NCBI GenBank assembly: GCA_051294905.1
Contig: CM119372.1
Span: 31,498,001-31,562,000, forward strand
Source of the DNA: Botryllus schlosseri
Taxonomy: Eukaryota
Direction: 5' to 3'
Length of the DNA stretch: 64,000 nt
Part shown: in pieces, positions 14,163 to 27,076 of the stretch
Layout of the letters: each line of letters opens with the position of its first letter
Position numbering within the stretch: the first letter of the stretch is position 1
Notes under the pieces: generated by a model
What the model saw: the letters and a program-made list of their open reading frames with translations, nothing else
Databases searched by the model: none
Told to the model about the DNA's origin: nothing
Translations under genes and position numbers: made by a program

Positions 14163-15623
14163 CGTTGTGAAGGTCACTAGGAGATTTCATGTAAACAATG
14201 CCTGTGACAAATCTTCGAACCATGGACCATCGTTCCTCATGTAGATCTATGTCATTGAAGTGAGAGAATTCTTCGAATTCCATATCCGAAACAAAACTAG
14301 CTGCCAGAAATTCTTGCATGCTTTGATGACAGAAGAAAAATGTAAAGTCGCCTTCCATCAAGTGACGGCTGAGGACATTATTGCCAGGAACTTTTGTCAT
14401 CAAGTCTTGTACTTCCGACGCGGAAACTCCAAATCGCTTCAAAACATTCTCGTCGAATACGACTATTCCATCTTTCATGCCACGGAACGCCATTGCCTTT
14501 AATTTATTGATAATTGACAAGATTTGCCTGCGATTCCGAATGTTTTCCACACTCTGAAGCACTGAGATGATGCTGTTGTATAGCTCTATCACTGTAGATG
14601 GAGGAGGCCTAGTTGTATCCCCGCCCATCACAACTGCTACAAGAATCAGGAAAATTGGCACCGATACCAGCTGTAGTAGTCTCGGTGACATAATTTCTAT
14701 TGTTTTCCAAATCTGCTCTCCAGTATTCACTTTGATTAAATAGGTAAACAGTTTACGAGCGTGTTCCAGTGTGAAACCAGTCATTGTGATAATGTGCTTG
14801 GGACGGGCCAAGGCTGGTAACTCTGAGATTTTGAATTCCCGCGAGGCCACAATTATTTTTACGTGACGAAGGATGTTCCGAGCTAAGATATTGTACAAGA
14901 TGGTGGACGTACTTGCTTTCTGATATGGCTTTATTTTTCGGACGCTATCCTCCTCGAAATCCCACCTTGCTTGATCAAGCCCGTCAAAAATGATAACTGC
15001 TTCAGATTGATGTTCGACTAACCATTTGAACGCTTGATTTTCGTCAGGCTCATGCTCAAAAAGACCATCAAATAAAAAATTGGATGCTTTTATGCAATTC
15101 TCTTCCTTTATTTCCTTCAACGCAATGTAATGAATCATTTTCAGTTTCGGTTCTTCGAATGAAACGCCTTCATTATTTTCTTTCACAGAAAGAATTTCAA
15201 GAGCTTTTCGTGCAATCCTACGTGTAAGAGTAGTTTTTCCCGATCCTGCCGATGCGACGACAGCAGTGACATCAACTACATCAGTTGCAGATAATTTATC
15301 CGTCTTTAATATCGATGCCATTATCTCTTCCATTGTGATCGATTTACCGTCGTTACCGCATTGATGGTGAAACCCAACTTCATGTGCCAACTGATTTCGA
15401 AAACTGCATTTTCTTGCTCCGGTATGGGTTTTGACATCTGTAGAATTTCCTACATGATGACGGCCTTTGTAATAGTCGTCCACATTAATTCTTTTCATCT
15501 GCGGATAAACTTCGAAATCCGGCTCACGCAGATTTTCATTCATGAAGTCTTCACAAATGCCACTTGCCGTTTCTTGCCAAGTATGGTCGTTTACAATCTC
15601 TATAAATTTCAGGCAATCCACTC
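14163..15623 (-). CDS. NLR gene, NACHT-domain exon (1461 bp, phase 1-1)
   Basis: Walker A ASAGSGKT, Walker B VIIFDGLDQ, sensor-1 IIVASR, HD1 VSVPIFL, winged-helix FCHQSMQEFLAA. Acceptor TTTTGCAG|GA, donor ACG|GTACGT. Confidence 0.93.
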
Positions 15624-16611
15624 CTGCAAAAATGAGAATCCCAATTTTAAAAACACAAATTCTGTCAAGACATTCCTGTATTCATGTGCCTCGCCACATG
15701 CATCTTCAATGGCAAACTTTCCTACCATATATATATGCATGTATACATACATTGTATAGGCCTATGAAACTGGTTCCCGACCCTTGACATATAATACGAC
15801 GATAATGCCCATCTTGGATCGGTAACAGACATGGTCATTGGTCATGGTCACTCGAAATGTCGATTCGTCTCCTTAAGTATCCAATGTCTCACTGAAGTGG
15901 TCTATTAGGCATTGCAAAAGTTGGGAAAAATTAGGGCGACCGCGGCTGGAGGACATTTCGTATATATTCCAAACGTTGCGACATGAACTACTAATCACCG
16001 GTGACCGTACGCGGAACCGATATTTTAAAACCAATCGAGAGATTTTCAGTCGCCTGGCTTGTCTGTATATAGGTTTATCTGCAGTACCCATACCGACCAT
16101 ATATCCGCCATACAACAGACCAAGTTCGACAGCTGCCTGTATAGTCATTTTTAGGAGGAAGGAAGCAGTTACGCAAAAAAGTTGTACGTCAAAGGGTGTC
16201 AAATTGAACTTGAGTCGCGGTCCGGATTCAAACCTTTTGATGGCTTGTGGGCCAGACCAGTCAAATGATGTCAGAACGTCACTTCCACATCCATATATTT
16301 GTTTTCACTGAAATGTTTTATTCAAAGCTATACATAATAGTCTTACACACGATATCTCGGATCGTATAGGCTTCATTCCATTTTTTCGCAAATAGCAAAA
16401 CTGATAAATAGACGATGACAGGCCGATTTAATACAGTTATAAGCCGCTAGAATAGTGGCTCTAACGACGATACAAGTTGGTATTACTATATGCAACTGTG
16501 GCCGCCTGACCTATGACATTAGCGCGGCTAGACAACTCAGGCATGCAGCAAGGGGAAAAGGCCTTCTTGGTACGAAGTTGCTGTGGGTTGTATTGTGTAA
16601 TGTGTATTGGC

Positions 16612-17894
16612 CAGAGGTGGTCAAAGTAGTCGAGGAATCTACTCAAGTAGAAGTAGAAGTAGCGACGAAAAGATCTACTCAAGTACGAGTAGAAGTACTT
16701 CTTCCATAAGCAACCTAAAACTACTTGAAGTGGAAGTAGAATTGACTGACTTTAAAAATACTCAAGTATAAGTAAGTAGTTATGAAAACAATCCTAATTC
16801 GTTCACATGAATTGTAAGAAGGTGCGAATTGAGCTATGCGATAGGTGACGAGCTTGATTCATATTGATGCATACCAGCAGGTATCCAATTCTCGATAGCA
16901 TAAGTATCCGTCCACATCATGGGATGAAAATGTTACTAGTGATATGGAAATGCGATGCTTATCCTCTGTTTTCTTGAACAGCACGTTTTATTATGGCGCT
17001 ATTCCCCATATTATAAGGCCCATAGTTTAGTCGAAGAGCAATATGGAGAAATTGTATGAGATAAGGTGTAAACACTTTGCGCGATTAGTAAACGTTAATA
17101 AAAAATATGTTGGACCGTAAAAATGCCATATTGTGTAGCTTTATTTCCAGAAATTAAAGGCATTACTACAGTTGCTTCTATACTTCAACATGTATGTTAT
17201 CCAGACAAAAGAACTGATAATAATTATAACTCAAAGTTTATGATACTGGGAATTGTAAGCGAAATATAAATACTACTTCTAAAAGCAGACCATGCATTTC
17301 ATGTTTTTAGTCCAGAAAGTTTCAAAGGTGGTATGCTAAAGCAGATCTAAAACTAAAAAAGTCAGGGTCCACTTTTCCAGGTTTGAACACACCATGGGCA
17401 TGCTAGATTACGATATGACAAGTAAATGCTAGATTGCGAAACATCAGTTTCAAACGTTATGATGAGCCATATATACTGTGATGAATTATTTGATATGGGC
17501 GGAGGGCGACAATGTGGTGTGAACGGAACCACGCCAACCCTCTACCTAAATTATAGCCTGTTCAACGATACTTTCATGAAATCATATTTGTCACTCCGTA
17601 TCCAATGCGCGCGAAGCGCGACGAAAATTCTGGGCTTTACCAAACTTTTACGAAAATTAAATATTGATGCTCCGTGAAAACAGCCCCAAAATTCCTCAGG
17701 CTATCTTCCTGATTGGAAGATTGAACTACTTCTACTTGACAAACTGAAAATAGCGAAAAGTAAGTAAGTAGTTCACAAAATATTACGAAGTAGAAGTAGT
17801 GAAAATCAGATCTACTTGAGTAAGTACCAGAAGTAGAGGAACACTACTTGAGTACTTCGAAAAAGTAGAAGTACTTCGTTACTGACCACCTCTG
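16612..17894. mobile_element. hAT MITE with AAGTA repeats
   Basis: TIR CAGAGGTGGTCA / TGACCACCTCTG, TSD GTATTGGC. Confidence 0.88.
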
Positions 17895-20701
17895 GTATTG
17901 GCTGTGAGTTGTTGTGGTGTTATTATTATAATATATTCGCTCCAATCAGTGAACTGTCCAGTGTCCATATCCAGCGAAGAACCTGAAAGGAATAGTCATC
18001 CTCTTCTCCTACAGTCTCAGGTTGGCGAGGGAACGGCTACACAACCTCCGTTTGGATCGCGGTGCGGCGTTGGGCCGGCGTATGCGCTTGGAAGAGATTT
18101 CACTGTAAAAGCGGACACCGGAATTGTGTTCAATTTTTGGATCACTTTTAGTTTTTCTTTCTGGAGACCGGGGACCTTTTGAGTCAGAAGTTATACTGCC
18201 TGCGATCACATATGTTTGAATTATATTCTTTGTGTGACTAATATATTATCCATCGCCGAGATCCCGGTTTCTCGAGTAAAGCGGTGCTGGCGAACGGGTG
18301 GCATCACATGATCAATCTATCGTGTACCGGACAACTGCCGTATATTCCGAGACTTAATCAATCACTGCGATGACTAATTAGCCAATAAAAATAAATCGAC
18401 GAGGCAAACGATATTTGTGGATTGATTGGCATTTAAAAAATATGGTGTTTTAAAACACTTTGTTTACAAAAATGTTATATGTTTTCAAAAAAAAAATTAA
18501 AAAAAAATGATATCTCTAAAATGTTATATTTTTTTAAGCATTTTTTAATTATGCCATAAATGCGTAAATACTTTCGAAAAAGCATGTAGTATGAGCCTAC
18601 TGACGATTTTCACCCAATACACTCGATGTATAGCATTTGGAGTGGCTGGAGCCCTCGAAATCGTCGTCGGTTCAACAGTCATAGCATGCAGGAATATAGA
18701 TCATTGGTACGTAATGGGTGTTCTGATGATGATAACCGCCGACCGTAAAAATACTTCATAACGATGTAGTCATGGTTAAAGATATTTTTGGTCTGTTTAC
18801 GACCGATGTTTATTCTAAATTGTAGATGAAAATCCACTGTGATGTCACAATTACAGATTCGTGACGTGATGGCTAGAAAAAATTAAAAAAACATATTTGT
18901 TTTAAATTGATTTCTGTTTTGAATGCAATCTGAGTTGTGGGTGTGAGGATTGTCGTATCATAAGCTTGCGCAGAACTCACGGCTGTTGTAGGCCTACATT
19001 TTTACACCAAGTAACTTGCATAAAACGGTTTTGCATTGGCGTTTTCGCCTCTATGAATAACTATTTTGGGACCTAATGTCGATTGAAGTGAAAACACCAC
19101 CCTACCATCAGATGATTCTAATGTGGCATATGAACGTTTTCAATATTTCTATTGTGAGCGATTATTTACGTGAAGTATCTCTTAATAAAAATCTCAAATT
19201 TGGCAAAAAATGTGGCCGTGGTCGACGGGTGTGACCAGCGAAGCGTATCTTCAACACCTTTGTCAATACATTATATTAAAATCGCTCTTTGTTGAAGATA
19301 ACCGCTAACGAAGTTTTCAAAAGTGCAAAGGATTATTAGTAAACAATAAGTACATGTCCAGGTAGCGACACTTGAGCTTATACCAGTGAGGATGACGACA
19401 TTTGTTTATGCCGTCAATTTAACATGCGAGTTCAGGTAGGAGTAACGGACCGTCTACTTCCGTAATAGTCTACTAACTGCTTGATCATGGTAAATATAGA
19501 CCAGTGGTTTCCAGCCTTTTTTTGTTCGTGGCCGATTTTCCGATTTGAAAATGTTCTGATGCAAAATCTCTTAAACTACATTATAGTCTTAGTCATGCAA
19601 AAGATATAGGTCAGCAAAGATTAACGTTTAATGTAATAGTCGCAAACTATCGTGCATCTGAAGATTGTGAGTGAACTGGGAACTGGGTGAATTAAGAAGA
19701 GCCGTTTCATTTAGAAGTTGTTTCTGCGCGGCAGTCTGAATCCTGAGCTGCCGTTTATTATTGGCGCGGAAGCCTGTGTATGTCTGCATTATGGGTTATC
19801 TACGTATGCTAATCGATGTATTTCATACATGTATTCCACGACTCTAACAAAACGTCCTAGTCCAAGTGGAATATACATTTAATGTGAGTCGAGAGTAAGG
19901 AAACTTTTTGAGATGCAGAATGAAATGTTGGCAAAACAACAAGCCCAGTGCATATAGCAGGCATGGAGCAGCAAGATGCAAGCTGATATGGCACAACAGC
20001 AAAAACAACACAATAAATGAAGATATGGACGGAGTAGCACCAAGAAAATATAGTGCAGTTGAAACACAAGTCAGCCAAAGTCTGTAAGTAAGAAGGTGGG
20101 TCTACGTCCGAAACAACTGCTTAGTTTGATTTGTATGTCACGTCCAAGGAAATTTAGACAATAAGAAACAAACCGTTGATCATCACCGTTAGCTATTTAT
20201 TGCATTATTGACTGTCATTATAGAGCAGGGGTCGCCAACTCAAAACGGGTCGCGGGTCACTTTTGAAAGTTCGCAGAGGCCGCGAGCCGCGAGCCGCGGG
20301 ACGCGGGCCGCAGGCCCTGGGCCGCATGACTTCGATATCTTCAATGACTTCAATATCGAGATAAAAATAGGCAACGTAGTTTAACAACCACGTTTTGGAA
20401 ACTATACGTCAGTGCAACGCTGTGCTCTCAAACATGGGTGACGGGCATATAGTTACCACAAAATAAATATTTAACATTAGTATTATAGTTTCTCATATTA
20501 CTATCAAATGTTTATCCTTTCGCAGCCCATGTGATCAGATTCGCCGGTAGAGTTGATGCTGGAAGTGGTCACGATGGTTGGATGGACTGCGTATAAAACT
20601 GCGTATACCGTGAAAGGTATTTGCATTGTAAATGTAGGCCTACATATGGATTCCGAAGTTCAGGTTGGCTTAACATTCGCAGATCTCGACTATTAACTCA
20701 C

Positions 20702-20827
20702 CTTTGTGTGGAGCCAATTGTCCGAGAACAGTGATATTCGTATTGTGCTGGTCTCCACTTACAACGTTTACCTGGCTGTCTTTGAAAGTTTGATTGACAC
20801 GCTCTCCTTTGGTCAATATCGCAGATC
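20702..20827 (-). CDS. NLR gene exon, 126 bp, phase 1-1, with RHIM/amyloid-like motif (SAILTKGERVNQTFKDSQVNVVSGDQHNTNITVLGQLAPHK)
   Basis: Acceptor GTTTAG|GA and donor AAAG|GTGAGT. Open frame within ORF 20670..20924. Splices in frame to the NACHT exon (G+GA=Gly). Confidence 0.75.
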
Positions 20828-21096
20828 CTAAACGATAAAGCAATTTTGACATGGATTGAAATGATATAATAGTATTTGTATAAAAAACGAAACAGAGGTA
20901 CCGTACCATGTCATGTAATTGCAATATATGTAGACAAATGGATGGGGAGACACAGTTGTGACCCTTGTGAGCATTGATGGCTCTAAAATATGTGTATAAA
21001 GACCTTGATATGACTTATACCTAGATTTCTAGTTTTTAATAAAAGAAAAGTTACCTTTTAAATATCCAATCTCAAATGCGGAAGTTGACACTAGTA

Positions 21097-22404
21097 CAGG
21101 GGTGGGCAATTATTTTCCTCCGCGGGCCAAATGAGTAAAATAAATACGTTGGCGGGCCGAGTGAAAAATTGTAGCTATATTCTCCAGAGTATTTTAATTT
21201 TATTTCTAAATTACATTGGTAATAAATGCTGCTCAGTGAATGTGTTGATATCAGGTAATGAGACAGTGGCGCTTAATTAAAAAATATTTATTTGCTGTCA
21301 TTATTCGAAACAATGTTAAACATGATACATTTTAGCTCTCTTTAAACCCCTATCCACGTTCTTCTATTAAGACTCAAAAACAGTGGTTCCCAAACTTTTC
21401 TAGGCACGCCTGCCTTTATGATAGTGAACAATTTTGCGCCCCCTTATCATGATATCACAAAATATTAAAAGTACAACCAGAATGCTAGCAATCCCAACGG
21501 ATAGTTTGATGGCATGGACGATTATGGCTGTTTATGAGAGAATTGTGAAATATCAAGTCGGACAATACACAGAGCAAAAACTATAAGCTGGTGGTATATC
21601 GCGCGAAGCGCGAAATGTTTTTTCAATAAACTCTGCTTCTCGCGACCCTTCTAATGATTTCACGTTTCTCAGTTCGAGAACCACTGCACTGAAATGTAGG
21701 CCTATATGCAATAGTACAAAGCTTATTTTAGTAGTCGCTACCTTCCGAGCAGTGTGCAGCAGCCTGAATAGCCTTTATGTTGAGCGAAGCCTGCAGCTTT
21801 TCTGAACTTCGCCGTCCCTTGACCGAGTGTTGCGTGATTTTGTCATAAAACCGACTTTAATTAAAATCCTTAATCCCTGACTCCAGTATGCGAACATTTA
21901 GTGCTCTAAATTCTAAACTTAAATCTTCTTTGAATTCCAGTTTTCGGCTTTCTTTTTTTGGCATGCCCGTTAATCCTTTAGGGGAAATAGATATGATGAG
22001 TCATATAGTAATCGCGAGCAGTGATTGACTTGTTTTACGGATTGGGATTGGGATTTGGAAACATCACGTAACAAATTGAAACATACCTTATAATGCGCAA
22101 TGTGGCAATGACAACAAGGAAGGTTCGAACTTAACTATGTGGAAAGAGTGATTTCTTGTGAATTCAATTGCTACTCATACTTTGCCTAATTAACTTTCTT
22201 AGGGTACGCCACGTAGGCTAATCTTGGCATATCAATGAAAAGACTTCAAAGTATACGAATTTCCTGTTCATTTGATACAGGCTATGGTTTTAGTCATTCA
22301 AAAAGCAAGTTTTATGTTTTGAATTCCAAGCATCCTTTCGCGGGCCGCACAGAATAGCTTGGCGGGCCACATTTGGCCCGCGGGCCGCATTTTGTCCAGG
22401 CCTG
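21097..22404. mobile_element. hAT Charlie/Buster-like non-autonomous element with nested MITE (~21381-21686)
   Basis: CAGGGGTGGGCAA...TTGTCCAGGCCTG ends, TSD CACTAGTA, GCGGGCC subterminal motifs. Confidence 0.8.
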
Positions 22405-24829
22405 CACTAGTACTAAGCGACTAATCTTCACACGCATGCGACAAATTCATTCTTTATTTAAAAATATATAGCATTTGTTAGAAATTACAAGATAAAACGG
22501 AATTCATGTAAGGAATTCCCCTAAATTAGATGGCCTGGTTTGTCGAGACCGAGACGACCTGTCTCATAGCTTTCCATATTGAGACAACATTAGTTTTAAT
22601 TACCGTCCACATCACGCTGATATATCGGAGTGGGTCTATATCTTACAAAAAGCACGGAGCTAAAGTGGGCCGTGCTAAAAGTCGGCAGCTCAGGAATCAT
22701 GAAAACGAATATTGGCCAGGTGAAAAATGTCTAATGCAATGCTTTTCAACGTTTTTTTTTAGAACAATCTTCAATTTTCTGTTACAAGAATTGCATCCGC
22801 ACAAACTAACCGAAAAAATTAATTACACAAAAATAAAATGTAGCGAATTAACACTTTCTATTCAAATGTCCAACGTCTCTGATGGGCTGCTGATCGATTA
22901 AAAAATGCTTGCTGACTGACATCGTTTACACCAGTATAGGACACAAAGGCTCCGGAGGATGCTGCTCACCGAAGGGGTTAATAATCCATAGCTTTGTTAT
23001 CAAGTTTTTTGGCTGATAGCTTAAAAATATACTTCAAACTATATATCAAACAGAGTGGTAAAATGAGAGCTCGCCACCTTCATGATACTTCAACTTGTGC
23101 TATGTTTATTTCCCATTTCGCTGACACAGGGGTACTCAAACTTTCTTCGACACGTCGTATCAAAAAATGTTAAATGTTAAGCAACAACAATGTTTGCAAT
23201 CCCAACGCATTAAGTGGTCGCATGGAAGGTGTTATTGGTGTTGAGATACGTCTCAAATGTGCTGAAATTAGGACTATATACATAGCAATAATTATGAGCT
23301 AGAGGTTTTCTTAAACATAACCATGAGCAAATGGTAGCACGTAGCACATATATATGCTATTTTAGCGATTTTTGTGCCTATTGCCTTCTATTATCCTATT
23401 TGAGCTTAGCTCAAACGTACCTGATCATTAGCTAAATCAAAAACCAATGGCACAGCTGCAAGCATTCACCAGTTGCACTAATCAGAAGTTGTCCCTGAAT
23501 GAAGTGTACGGTTCTGTATCAGCACCAGTGTATGGATGGTACTACGCAATTATCACATTTAAAATCGACATATAATAAGATCAATGCAACTGTCTAAACT
23601 TGGACGTTTCAGCACGAATAAAAGTCATTTCGAGTTCAAGAAGCATCATATCTCTCAAACGGCTTCGCGGCTCACCTCAGATGATTTCACGCCCCCAGTT
23701 TAAGAACCACTGCCCTAACACTAAGGAAGACAAATTTCCATTTAAATAATTTGTTGCAAATTTGAGTCGATACCAATATCCGATACTATATTCATGCCTC
23801 GTGCCGTTCGAATACACTAACACGAAATTATGATGATTGTTGAACGAAAGAAGAAGGTGTATTGTACGCCATTTCCCCACGTGTCATTGGCTAAAACGTG
23901 CTCATTCAGAGTATATCTGCTATCATACTCCCGACTTGAAACAGAAATTTGATACGTAATAATATTATTTTGCAAATATAAACTCACTAAAGCTGTTGCG
24001 AGAAAACATTATGGTATTAGCTACGCTAATAACAACAACTTTCTACAAATGTATGACAATGGCAAAAGTTTAGAGCCACTGTATTGAATATCTCATCTAC
24101 TTTGTTTGAATTAATACGCGTCGAAAAGGTAAGTAATATATATAATTTTCATCCGTGCTCATCCGCGCCACGTTTGTCATTCGCACTGATTTTTTTAATC
24201 CGCACAAGTGCATACCATCCTTGAGGTTGAAAAGCACTTGTCAAATGTATTCGACACCCTATGATCACTAAAACAACAACAACAATAACAACCACGGCGT
24301 ACTGTGTTATTTTGTTTATCCGAACAGGAATAAAATTGTGTAGGCCTACTTGTTTTCAGTTATTGGGATAATAAAAAACATTCACGTCATACAGTCAAAG
24401 TCAGTATTAGTCATACAGTCATACAGTAGTGATGTAGTCATAGTAGCAGTTTAGAAAGTATTACAGTCATACAACACGAGTAAGAACATCCACCGACTGC
24501 AATCTTATTTTATGTCTAGTTTACCTGTCTAGCCGACGAATCGAGCCACTGGTACAGCTATGCGCAATTCTTATGACTTAATATCGATTTGAGATAAGCT
24601 ATTTTTGGAAATTTTGTGAGTATCTCACACCCTAATAATTTCAAGGACGTTTTTCATAAATGCAACTTTTTAGTGCAACTTCTGTCAAAAATAAATGCAA
24701 CTACTTTCCACGGATCTGACTGCAACAAAAACGTGCCTAGTTATGAGTCATAACTTATGACACTTCTTCGAAACACAGAAGTAGTAAGAACATGGTGTTT
24801 ATTCGACAGGAATAGATTTATTCGCTTAC

Positions 24830-24906
24830 TTGATGATGGAGTTGCTGATGATACAGGGATTGCATCATCTACTTCAGAGTCTGCATCTCTTCCTTCTTCA
24901 GCCATG
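24830..24906 (-). CDS. NLR gene, probable first coding exon (MAEEGRDADSEVDDAIPVSSATPSS)
   Basis: Acceptor TAATTAG|C ATG (ATG at 24905-24903). Donor A|GTAAGC is phase 1, matching the phase-1 start of exon 20827. Further upstream exons are not excluded. Confidence 0.65.
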
Positions 24907-25788
24907 CTAATTATTAGACATCAAAGATATTGTACGGAATTATAGTATAAAATAAAGTACTGAAATCACACAACAGATATTGTTCATGTGGGTACCACTG
25001 TGCAGCGGCATCAACAGCATTGTCTCTGCAAGATCCTGATTCATCGATACCTACATATTCAACTTCGGTGCTAAAAACATTATCTCAATACTGACTTGAG
25101 TGGCAGGCAGTGACTGTTGTTGATAATGCTACTGTTACCAAATTCCTTATTTCATTAGAGAGAAACTAAGTTTGTGAAGGTTCCACCTGCGTGACAAGCG
25201 TACTGACTTCTGTCGCTGGAACAGTACTTTTTAGTGACATTTGTTGGAGTCAGGGTCGTAATCGGAGCATTTTAACGAACCCCTACCAAAACTCCAGCCA
25301 GTATGTGTTTTCCGAACTACTGCTCCTGTGACTTCGACCTCATCAAAAGACAATTGAGCGCAACCCCGATTACACAGCCCTGGTAACGGGGAGTGCGAGA
25401 GTCAAGGCTATTTTATACTGGGCTTCCTATTGCAATGGCGCTGATTACCATCATGCATACAAGCCTACGTATCCGCCTGCGAAATGTTTCCTTAGGACAA
25501 GTGGAGTTTATTAAAGCAATGCTTTATTGTTTAGGGCAGTTTTTCTCAATTTTTTCACTCACGCTTCCTTGATGATAGTGAAAGATTTTTGCGCCCTCTT
25601 TGTCGTCATATCAACAAATATTAAAAAGAGCAACCAGAATGTTTTGAATCCCAATCCCAACGCATAGTTTGATGGCATGGAAGGTTATGAATGTTGAGCG
25701 ACCTCTCAAATATGAAAGTAGGACTATACACAGAGCAATAATTCTGAGCAGGATGTTGAATACTACGTCAAAAATGATCATGCGCAAT

Positions 25789-26294
25789 TAGGGTTGCATT
25801 TAAAACACCGTTTTAAACACATGCTATTTCGACAAAATAACAGAACTGTGTTTTTTCTCATACGTTGTCTAATTATGCCATAATTGTGTAAATACGTCCG
25901 AAAATCCATCTAGTATGAGCCTACGGACGATTTGCACCCAAAATCGTCGACTTATACGATGTCGGGTGACTGGAATCCTCGAAATCGCCGTCGGTTCAAC
26001 AGTTATAGCACGTAGATGTAGATTATTGGTACGGAATGGGTCTTATGATGATGATGACCGCCGACCCTAAAATGCCGCATAGCGATGAAGTCCTGGTTAA
26101 AGATATTTTTGGTCTGTTTATGTCAGTGATCGGAAGCCCTTTTCGTCGAAGGAGCCATATTTACCCTACATTTTCAATTGTCAACGCCAATCCACAGTGA
26201 CGTCACAATTAAATATGCGTGACGTCCTGGCTAAAAAAAAAACAATAGAAAGCGTGTCTGTTTTAAATGGATTGTTGTTTTAAATGTAACCCTA
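25789..26294. mobile_element. hAT MITE family T (TTTAAAACA motifs), inserted in another MITE starting ~25537
   Basis: TIR TAGGGTTGCATTTAAAACA / TAAATGTAACCCTA, TSD TGCGCAAT. Relatives at ~18425-18930, ~33131 and 43231-43671. Confidence 0.82.
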
Positions 26295-27076
26295 TGCGCA
26301 ATGGTAGCATTGAGCATATATATATTTTAGCGATTTTGATGTCTAATACCTTCTATTTCCTGACTTGAACTTGTCTCAAACGTACCTTACCATAAGCTAA
26401 ATCAAAAACCAATTGCGCGGGCCGCACGCCATTCAAAATCGGCACTTTTTCACGGGAGAAGCAAATGTTCGCAACCGGTAGCAGGTGTTCGGCAAAAGAA
26501 TAATCCAATTGACTAGTTTTCTGCTGCCATAAAATGTGCACATCTCTGAGCGGCGTCGATCCAATAGTCTGACGTCAAATGACGAGTTAAATCAGAAGAT
26601 TACGAAGCATAACAGTACTGAATATATCATAACCAAAACTTGGGGAGCAGAATATTATAGTGCGCGTAGCGGTGTTGTGGTTTGGACAGTCACTGAAATG
26701 TAAATTGACTCATGTTGTTTATACCGAGGCAGCGAGTGGCGCATAGACTAAACACCACCCTCACGACGCCAATGGTTAATATGGACTCCTCATCTTCTCA
26801 TCTCGTCTAATTGCAAATGCACTGTATTGGAAAGTCAAAGACTCATAATTAAACGTGCGATTAGTCGTATGCAAATAGCAGAATACGGACAAATGTTGTG
26901 CGGTAACGTGATCGCAGGTGAAAGCGAGAGCGGTAATACAGTCGTCCGGATGCTTTACAATGGTATCGAACTGAATTCCATAAAATATTTGTCGTGTCGT
27001 GTAAGATGTTTACGTGCGTCAAGTGTCATTGTCGTCGTTGCTAAATCCGGGGCACTGAAGGACAATCAACGTAATG

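Noticed and set aside
16497..18308. Possible solo LTR (TG...CA) interrupted by the 16612-17894 MITE
   Set aside because: No matching TSD and no second copy in the window.
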